NCBI RefSeq assembly: GCF_030696885.1
Contig: NZ_JAUYRI010000017.1
Location: 161,212 to 225,211, forward strand
Length of the DNA stretch: 64,000 bases
Direction: 5' to 3'
Source: Thiobacillus sp.
GTDB lineage: Bacteria > Pseudomonadota > Gammaproteobacteria > Burkholderiales > Thiobacillaceae
The notes under the pieces are model-generated. The model was not told where the DNA came from. It was given only the letters and a program-made list of their open reading frames with translations, and searched no databases. Positions 19,650-26,716 of the stretch are shown one piece after another. A program made the position numbers and the translations under genes. The first letter of the stretch is position 1. Every line of letters starts with the position of its first letter.

Positions 19650-20753
19650 ATGAAAAAATGTAAGCAATGCCTGTTGCCGGCGGCCGTGCCCGGCTCGCAG
19701 ATCGGTCCCGATGGCGTGTGCGGTTTTTGTCGCGCGCCCGCTGCCGAACGGGCATCGGTCCAGCCCAACCCGGCCCATCGTGACGATCTGGAGCAGACCC
19801 TGCGCGCCGCCCACGGGGGGACGGGTCGTGGCCAGTATGATTGCCTGGTTCCGCTCAGCGGTGGCAAGGACAGCATCTATCTGCTGCACAAGCTGAAGGT
19901 CGAGTATGGCCTGCGCGTGCTGGCGTACACCACCAACATCGATCTGCCGGAGGTGGCCTGGAGCAATATCCGCACCGCGCTGGCCCGCCTCGACATCGAC
20001 CACGAAGTCTTCAACCCGGCGCCTGCGTTCATCAGAAAACTGTTCCGCTACCTGCTGCAAAACCAGGAAGCGCGCGGTGCCGTCTACACGGTGTCCTATG
20101 TCTATGCGCCGCTGTTCGAGGGCGATGCCATTCGCCTGGCGATCGAGAAAGACATTCCGCTGATTCTTGCCGGCTATTCGCCCGGTCAGCCCGAACCAGA
20201 GCGCATGCTGTACGAGTTTTCTCCCGAGCTCATCCGCGCGGAAGACTGGACGCCACCCCAACTCAAGACCTGCGGCGCGTTCACCGACGATGAGTTGAGG
20301 CGCTTCTACAATCCGCTTGAAATGCCCGCAGATACGCGCTTTCCACGCTATCTTGCGCCATTCCACGCGTGGGATTACGACCAGGACGAGGTCATGCGCA
20401 AGGTCGCCGAACTCGGCCTCGTCAAGCGCGGCCGCCATGCCAGCCCGATCGTCAGCAACTATCCGATCAACTGGCTGATGATGTATTCCGACCTCAAGCA
20501 TTTCGGCTACAACCCGTATGCCCCGGAGTTTGCCGCGCTGATACGCGAAGGCAAGGCCAGCCTGAACCACTGGCGGATCATGGCGCCATTGGTCGACTTC
20601 ATGATCCGGCGCAAGGTCCTGCTTGGCCGCGACGTCAGCCGCAGCCAGCAATGGCTCGACCTGACCGACGACGACCTGCGCATCAACCTGCCCGAAGGGG
20701 CGTATGACCCGCCCCTCCTGCGCCGGCAGGCACGCGATGCCGGCCGGGCCTGA
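19650..20753 (+). CDS. PP-loop (AANH) N-acetyl-sugar amidotransferase-like protein (WbuX/WbpG/PseA-like)
   Basis: N-terminal CKQC...GVCGFC; YDCLVPLSGGKDS PP-loop; LRVLAYT. Substrate unknown. Confidence 0.7.
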   Translation: MKKCKQCLLPAAVPGSQIGPDGVCGFCRAPAAERASVQPNPAHRDDLEQTLRAAHGGTGRGQYDCLVPLSGGKDSIYLLHKLKVEYGLRVLAYTTNIDLPEVAWSNIRTALARLDIDHEVFNPAPAFIRKLFRYLLQNQEARGAVYTVSYVYAPLFEGDAIRLAIEKDIPLILAGYSPGQPEPERMLYEFSPELIRAEDWTPPQLKTCGAFTDDELRRFYNPLEMPADTRFPRYLAPFHAWDYDQDEVMRKVAELGLVKRGRHASPIVSNYPINWLMMYSDLKHFGYNPYAPEFAALIREGKASLNHWRIMAPLVDFMIRRKVLLGRDVSRSQQWLDLTDDDLRINLPEGAYDPPLLRRQARDAGRA

Positions 20754-22509
20754 CAGCGTCCCCAACTGGCTTGCGGCACGCGCCGCACAGTCGCCGCAGC
20801 AACCGGCCTACTGGCAGCGCACGTCCGCAGGCGACTGGACAAGCGTCAACTGGGGCGAGGTGCAGGACCGCGTCCAGACGCTGGCCGCGCACCTGCTGCG
20901 CTTGGGCCTGCGTGCCGGCGACCGCGTCGCCATCATGATGCCGACGGTGCCCGAGTGGGAATACTGCCACTTGGCCGTGCTGGCTGCAGGCGGCGTGGTG
21001 GTCGGCATCGACGCCCACGATGCGCCCGAAAATACCCGCCACATCCTGCACACCGTTCGGCCGCGCGCGCTCTGCCTGGCAGCAGGCGAACAGCTCGAAT
21101 CGCTGAAAGCGCTGATGCCCGAGCCGCCGGACATCGTGGTGACGCTGGATGCGGACAACGCGCCCGGCATCACATCGCTCCCCTGCCTGCTCACGGCCGC
21201 CTGCGATCCGGTGCAGCCTCTGCCGGAGGTGAGTCCAGACCAGACGGCGACCCTCGTTTTCACTTCGGGCAGCACCGGCCAGCCCAAAGGCATCGCCTAT
21301 ACTCATGGACAGCTCTGCCTGGCGGCTGAGGCCATCCTCAGCCGTTTCCCGTCCATTCAGGCCGACGCCCGGCTGGCGTGCTGGCTGCCGCTGTCCAACC
21401 TGTTCCAGCGCATCATCAACCTGTGTGCACTCAAACGCGGCACCCAGTGCTACTTCGTCGATTCGCCGGCCGACATCGTCAAGCGGCTGCCGGAAATCCG
21501 TCCTGCACTGTTCATCGGCGTGCCGCGTTTTTACGAAAAGCTGCATGCGGGCATCGAGGCCGAAATCGCGCGCCAATCCTGGCTGGCCAGGCAGGCAGTT
21601 CGCGTAGCCTGGCGCATCGGCGAGCGTTTTCAGCGGACGCGGCGAGCGGGCGGGTCGCCCGTCTGGTGGAGCGTTGCGGCGCATGCGCTCGCCGACCGGC
21701 TTGTCTTGCAGAAGCTGCGCCACCTGATGGGACCGGACCTGAAGTTCATGGTCAGCGGCTCGGCGCCGATGCCGCCCTGGCTGCTGGACAAATTGCATGG
21801 TTTGGGCTGGCTGGTGCTGGAAGCCTATGGCATCAGCGAGTGCGTCGTGCCGATCGCCAACAACACGCTCGAAGCCTACCGTTTCGGCAGCGTCGGCCGG
21901 CCGCTGCCGGACAACGTACTCAAGCTGGCCGATGACGGAGAAGTGCTGGTGCGCGGGCCGGGCGTTTTCACGGGCTACTACGGCCAGGCGGACGCCGACA
22001 CCCCGCTCGACGCCGATGGTTACCTGCATACCGGGGATCTTGCGCGCCTCGATGCAGACGGGTTTTTGTGGCTCACCGGGCGCAAGTCCGAAGTATTTAA
22101 GACCTCGACCGGGCGGCGCATCGCGCCGGTGCCGATCGAGTCGGCGCTGAGGCAATTGCCCTATGTGGAACATGCCGTGGTGTTCGGGCGCAACCGGCCG
22201 GTTGCGGTCGTCCTGCTCAGCGTGACCCCGCAACCGGTCGGCTTCACCGCACCCTTGTCCAGCGAGACACTGCGCCGCATCGGTGATGACATCGCCGCTG
22301 CCTGCGCCCCGTTCCCTGCTTATCAAAGGCCTGCGGGCGCGCTGGTGAGCCCGCGCGGTTTCAGCATCGCCGCCGGCGAACTGACCAGCAATCTGAAGCT
22401 CAGGCGCAATGCCATCGAGACCCTCAACGAGCGCGAAATCGACGCGCTGTATGCACAGCTCGCCGATTCAACCGATCATTCCCGCTGCCTGATCCAGGAG
22501 ATTGCATGA
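20737..22509 (+). CDS. AMP-dependent synthetase/ligase (long-chain acyl-CoA ligase-like)
   Basis: FTSGSTGQPKG; FIGVPRFYEK; EAYGISEC; LHTGDLA; GRKSE. The start overlaps the upstream gene. Confidence 0.88.
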   Translation: MPAGPDSVPNWLAARAAQSPQQPAYWQRTSAGDWTSVNWGEVQDRVQTLAAHLLRLGLRAGDRVAIMMPTVPEWEYCHLAVLAAGGVVVGIDAHDAPENTRHILHTVRPRALCLAAGEQLESLKALMPEPPDIVVTLDADNAPGITSLPCLLTAACDPVQPLPEVSPDQTATLVFTSGSTGQPKGIAYTHGQLCLAAEAILSRFPSIQADARLACWLPLSNLFQRIINLCALKRGTQCYFVDSPADIVKRLPEIRPALFIGVPRFYEKLHAGIEAEIARQSWLARQAVRVAWRIGERFQRTRRAGGSPVWWSVAAHALADRLVLQKLRHLMGPDLKFMVSGSAPMPPWLLDKLHGLGWLVLEAYGISECVVPIANNTLEAYRFGSVGRPLPDNVLKLADDGEVLVRGPGVFTGYYGQADADTPLDADGYLHTGDLARLDADGFLWLTGRKSEVFKTSTGRRIAPVPIESALRQLPYVEHAVVFGRNRPVAVVLLSVTPQPVGFTAPLSSETLRRIGDDIAAACAPFPAYQRPAGALVSPRGFSIAAGELTSNLKLRRNAIETLNEREIDALYAQLADSTDHSRCLIQEIA

Positions 22510-23645
22510 GCGTTTATTTTCTAACCGGCGGCACCGGTGCGGTGGGCAGCTCGATCGTGCCGCTGCTGCTGGCCGATCCCGACACCGAAGTCAGGTTGTT
22601 ATTGCGCGCCGAGTCGGATGCTGCCCTGGCGGAGCGCATGCAATCTCTGGCCGGCTATTGGGGCTGGGCCGAATCGTCTGAGCAGCGCGCACGGGTCAAG
22701 GCCTACCGGGGCGATGCTGCCGTAGCGAATTTCAATTTGCCGGATGACCAGTACGCGGAGCTGGTCGGGGCGTGCACGCATCTCATCCACAGCGCCGGGA
22801 CGGTCCGCATGAATTTGTCGATCGAGGATGCGCGTCGCTCCGCGGTCGGGTCCGCCCAGGCAACCGTTGATTTCGCCCGCCGGCTGGCTGCCGCAGGGCG
22901 ACTGCGCAAGTTCGACTATGTCAGCACTGTCGGCGTCGCCGGCAAACGCCCCGGCGCCCTGCCCGAGATCTGGATGGACGAGCCGCGCGCGTTTCACAAC
23001 ACCTATGAGCAGGCCAAGGCCGAAGCCGAGGAAATTATCCGCCGCGCCATCGTCGACGAAGGGCTGCCGGTCACCGTGCACCGCCCGAGCATGGTGATCG
23101 GTGATGCGCGCGACGGTCGCATCATCCATTTCCAGATTTTCTATTTCATCTGCGAATTCCTGTCCGGCTGCAAGACGCGGGGCCTGTATCCGGATTTCGG
23201 CGAGGTCAGGCTCGACGTCATTCCCGCCAACTGGGTGGCCGAAGCCATCGTCGCCGCCAGCCGCGATCCGCAGACAGCGGGGCGCATCTTTCATTTGTGC
23301 AGCGGCCCGGAGCAGGCGCCGCGGCTGGAAGAACTCAAGGCGTTGGTGCGCACCGCCTTCACCACCCACGGCATGCGCGTACCCCTCGGCATTCGCATGC
23401 CGCGCGGCGTATTTGCCGCGCTTGCCCGGGTGGCCGCCCGTCTGGCGCCGCCTTCCCAGCGCAAGGCTTTGTCCACCCTGCCCATCTATCTCGATTACCT
23501 GGCCGACCGGCAGGGCTTCGACAACGCGGCGTATACCGGCTGGCTGGCCAGCCGCGGCCTGCGTCTTCCGCTGGCCGCAGACTACTTGCCGCGGGTGCTG
23601 GGTTATTACCTGGACAAGCGCTACCCGCCCGACACCGAGGCGTAA
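22506..23645 (+). CDS. extended SDR, thioester-reductase / fatty acyl-CoA reductase-like (NAD_binding_4)
   Basis: LTGGTGAVGS; IHSAGTV; YVSTVGVAG; catalytic YEQAK; HRPSMVIGD; ATGA overlap with the ligase. Confidence 0.82.
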   Translation: MSVYFLTGGTGAVGSSIVPLLLADPDTEVRLLLRAESDAALAERMQSLAGYWGWAESSEQRARVKAYRGDAAVANFNLPDDQYAELVGACTHLIHSAGTVRMNLSIEDARRSAVGSAQATVDFARRLAAAGRLRKFDYVSTVGVAGKRPGALPEIWMDEPRAFHNTYEQAKAEAEEIIRRAIVDEGLPVTVHRPSMVIGDARDGRIIHFQIFYFICEFLSGCKTRGLYPDFGEVRLDVIPANWVAEAIVAASRDPQTAGRIFHLCSGPEQAPRLEELKALVRTAFTTHGMRVPLGIRMPRGVFAALARVAARLAPPSQRKALSTLPIYLDYLADRQGFDNAAYTGWLASRGLRLPLAADYLPRVLGYYLDKRYPPDTEA

Positions 23646-23685
23646 AGCGTTCCGCGCCAGGGCGGGAGGGGGTGTGTCGGCACGC

Positions 23686-25317
23686 TCAGTCGCGCGGCGG
23701 CGTGCCGTAGCGTCCGGGGGCGATCAGGTTCTGCGGGTCGAGCGCCTGCTTCAGTGTCGCCAGCATGTCCTTTGCGACTGGATTTGAGTCCAGCGCCCCG
23801 GTCATGCTCATGGTCGTCGTGCGGTAGGTCGGATAGCCCTGCGCGAGGAAGGCATCGTGCATTTCCTGGTACCAGGCCCGCGCGCGTTCGGCTTCGGCTT
23901 CGTCCTTGCGCTCGTAGAACACCCCCGCCAGCACGATCACCGAGCGGGCGCTTTCGACGATCACCTCGACGAAGAAATCGAACTCGTGGCGGGCGAAGAT
24001 GGGCTTGGCCAGCTCAAGCGCTTGCGTCACGTGGGTGGAGGTGAACGGCACCACCGGGCCGATCCAGACAAACCCGCACTGGTCGCGCGCCGGGTCGATA
24101 TCGGTGGACGGCTTCTCCTGGTGCGACTTGAAATACGCCTGGCGGACGAAGTGGTCGGTGGGGATGCCGCGAAACAGATTGATCGCCGGAACCATCGCCT
24201 CGTAGAACGAATCGGCCTTGCCCAGCAGCCGGTTGCCCCAGCGTGCTGCCAGACGAAAAACCCGGCCCTTCCACTTGTCCTGGACCGAGGCGCCGACGAA
24301 GCGTATCAAGCCGTAGCGTCCCAGCGTCTGCTTGATGGCGCGCTTCTGGAAGCGGATTTCCTCCGGACTGCCGTACAGGCCGCAGCCGAAGGTCCAGCGC
24401 GCCACCCCATATTTTTTTCGCCAAGCGGCGGCAGCGTCCTCGCTTAAATTGCGCGCGCCTTCCAGCAGGTCATGCGGGTACTGGGAAAAAATGCACATCA
24501 TGGCAAAGTCGTTGGCCAAGTGCGGCCGCGCACGTAGCGCGCCCTGGAATACCAGCTTGCGCAGGTCGTCGATGAACGGTCCGAACTGCGCTTCCGTGGC
24601 GGTGTATTCGAAGGCGGCGAAGTCGAAGCGCTCGGGCGCCGGCATCAGCCAGATGCCCGACTGCACCACGATGCCGAGGTTGGATTGGGCGAACAGCCCA
24701 TCCAGATAAGGTCCCACCCCCCATTTATAAGTATGGCGGATCTGGTTGTTGCCGGCGGGGCCGCCGCCGGTTTCCAGAAGTTGTCCGTCCGGCAGCACCA
24801 CGTCCATGCCGCACAGGCAGCCAAAGTGGTCGGCATAGGGCGTGAGCCCCCGGCCCTTGTCGAGTGCATTGCCCAGCACGCTGGCATATTGCGTGGTGCC
24901 CGCCGTGTCGGCCCAGAAGCCCGATCCGTGTTCTTTCAGGTAATCGTTCAACTGCTTGTAGGTGACCCCCGGCTCGATCACCGCATAGCCCAGTTCTTCA
25001 TCCACCTGCAGGATGCGGTTCATGCGTGAAAGGATCAGGGTGATTCCACCCGGGTAGCAGGCCGTTCTTTCTCCATACCCCCAGTTCTTGCCGGTGCTCA
25101 CCGGCCAGACAGGCACGTCGAATTCGCGGGCAAGCTGCATCACCGCCTGCACCTGCCCGGCATTGGCCGGATACACCACGACGGCGGGCAACTCGCGGTA
25201 GGGGATGCAGGTGCGCGAGGCCACCTCCAGCTGGCCGGGCTCGCTCAGCACATTGTCAGGCCCCAGGTGCGCCTGGAGCTTTTCGAGCAGGCCTGCAGGG
25301 AGCGGTGTGGCGGTCAT
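23686..25317 (-). CDS. VAO/p-cresol methylhydroxylase-family FAD-dependent oxidoreductase
   Basis: PVWPVSTGKNWGYG; VIEPGVTY; LCGMDVVLPDG; LFAQSNLGIV; LKQALDPQNLIAPG; start MTATP at 25317. Confidence 0.85.
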   Translation of the reverse strand: MTATPLPAGLLEKLQAHLGPDNVLSEPGQLEVASRTCIPYRELPAVVVYPANAGQVQAVMQLAREFDVPVWPVSTGKNWGYGERTACYPGGITLILSRMNRILQVDEELGYAVIEPGVTYKQLNDYLKEHGSGFWADTAGTTQYASVLGNALDKGRGLTPYADHFGCLCGMDVVLPDGQLLETGGGPAGNNQIRHTYKWGVGPYLDGLFAQSNLGIVVQSGIWLMPAPERFDFAAFEYTATEAQFGPFIDDLRKLVFQGALRARPHLANDFAMMCIFSQYPHDLLEGARNLSEDAAAAWRKKYGVARWTFGCGLYGSPEEIRFQKRAIKQTLGRYGLIRFVGASVQDKWKGRVFRLAARWGNRLLGKADSFYEAMVPAINLFRGIPTDHFVRQAYFKSHQEKPSTDIDPARDQCGFVWIGPVVPFTSTHVTQALELAKPIFARHEFDFFVEVIVESARSVIVLAGVFYERKDEAEAERARAWYQEMHDAFLAQGYPTYRTTTMSMTGALDSNPVAKDMLATLKQALDPQNLIAPGRYGTPPRD

Positions 25318-25346
25318 GTATGGGTCCGGGTCAGGCGAGTTGGCCC

Positions 25347-25376
25347 ATTCTAGCCCGTGGGCCACGGCGGTGTAAG
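25347..25376 (-). promoter_or_regulatory. possible sigma70 promoter for the flavoprotein gene
   Basis: Minus strand TTACAC-17 nt-TAGAAT, just downstream of the PEP-CTERM terminator. Confidence 0.35.
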
Positions 25377-25404
25377 GGCTTGCGCAGGGTGCCCTGTTGC
25401 GCCC

Positions 25405-25434
25405 ATAAAAAAGCCCCTCCAACTGGAGGGGCTT
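25405..25434 (-). terminator. intrinsic terminator after PEP-CTERM gene 1
   Basis: AAGCCCCTCC-N4-GGAGGGGCTT followed by a T-run on the minus strand. Confidence 0.85.
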
Positions 25435-25473
25435 GGCGTGCGATCAGCCCGGGGGCTGTCGGGTAGCCGAGTC

Positions 25474-26331
25474 TTAAGCGCGCTTCTTGTTGCGGCGAGC
25501 GATGCCCAGACCGAGCAGGCCGATACCCAGAAGGGCGAGGGCTGCGGGTTCCGGGACGACCGTCGCGCCGCGGGTGTTCAGCGTGCCCTGCAGACACCAT
25601 GCGCCGGGAGCAGCCTGACCCGTTGCGCAACCTGCGGCGAAGCCGTCGGCGACGTCTTCGGGGTTCAGGACGAAGTTGTTGCTCGACGAGGTCAGCACGA
25701 TGTCGGCGAAACCGCCGAGGTTGTCAGCGATGGAGTTGCCATCCAGGTAGGCTGCGACCGAAGCCAGACCGAACACAGCGCTAATGTCGACATCAACCAT
25801 GCCCTGGCCGTTCTGGGTCAGCGTGGCGCCCGTCAGGGTGCCGTTGCCGTTCAGCGTCTGGGTGGCATTGAAGCCCACCGGGTTCACCACGTTGAAGATC
25901 GGATCGGCAAAGGTATGGCCGAGCAGGCGAACCCAAGGCGTCATGCCCTGGATGGTCGCAACGTTGGTCGGCGAGTTCTGGTCGAACATGTTCAACTGGG
26001 GGCCCGCGTTGTAATAGATGTCAATTACGCCGCCGGTGAACTGAACCCCTGCGCCGTTGAAGGCGGAGACGGTGTAATTGGAAAAGTGGTAATACAGCGA
26101 GCAGCTGCCGACTGCGCAGTAATTGTTCGAGCCGTTGATGGTGGAGATGACGCCGTAACCCTGCAGCGACTGGCCGACACCGTTGACGAAGGTTTCGGCG
26201 AGCGTTGCCGTTTCAATGTGGACGGTACTGCCCAGTGCGCCGAAGTTGATGCCGCCAACGACGACGGCGGCGGCGGGTGCGGAAGCTGCGATTCCAAGTG
26301 CGGCAACTGCAGCGGTGATGATTTTGTTCAT
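25474..26331 (-). CDS. PEP-CTERM sorting-domain protein 1 (resembles flocculation-associated PepA type)
   Basis: Signal peptide; Gly/Asn/Thr-rich body with LQGYGVISTING; C-terminal VPEPAALALLGIGLLGLGIARRNKKRA. The PepA resemblance is from memory only. Confidence 0.92.
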   Translation of the reverse strand: MNKIITAAVAALGIAASAPAAAVVVGGINFGALGSTVHIETATLAETFVNGVGQSLQGYGVISTINGSNNYCAVGSCSLYYHFSNYTVSAFNGAGVQFTGGVIDIYYNAGPQLNMFDQNSPTNVATIQGMTPWVRLLGHTFADPIFNVVNPVGFNATQTLNGNGTLTGATLTQNGQGMVDVDISAVFGLASVAAYLDGNSIADNLGGFADIVLTSSSNNFVLNPEDVADGFAAGCATGQAAPGAWCLQGTLNTRGATVVPEPAALALLGIGLLGLGIARRNKKRA

Positions 26332-26392
26332 GGTATGAGCCCTCGTTAGTAAATTTCCAAAAGCCTTGGCTTTCCGGCTTGCCTAACACTAA

Positions 26393-26522
26393 GCAACAGC
26401 TGTGCCAGACCGAGGGTGTGTCTATAAAAAAACCATTAATTCAATGACTTGTTTCGTTGTTTTGCCGTCCGGGCATGCGCTATGCAGGCCCTTCAATCCA
26501 TCATGTGTAAAGTTTTTCGACA
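26393..26522 (-). promoter_or_regulatory. sigma54 promoter + IHF site + enhancer (UAS) cassette for PEP-CTERM gene 1
   Basis: -24/-12 TGGCACAGCTGTTGC (26407-26393); IHF-like ATTCAATGACTTG (26439-26451); TGT-N11-ACA site TGTAAAGTTTTTCGACA (26506-26522). Confidence 0.85.
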
Positions 26523-26656
26523 CGAATCAAACTCTGCATTGCGATGCACGGGTCGAGCTCCCTGCGTGCCCGTTCTGGCAAGGGGCGTGGGCGCTGCAAT
26601 TACCGATGGGGGCTTGCCGACACGGGCGGGCGGATTCTGACAGGCCCGCCAGAAGG

Positions 26657-26673
26657 GGTCGGATTTCTTTACA
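26657..26673. promoter_or_regulatory. second, inverted UAS copy upstream of PEP-CTERM gene 1
   Basis: Reverse complement TGTAAAGAAATCCGACC matches the TGTAAA-N-CGACA motif. Confidence 0.55.
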
Positions 26674-26716
26674 CATGCTTCATCCAGCCGGGCTTTAGCG
26701 AGCGGGCGCGACCGGG

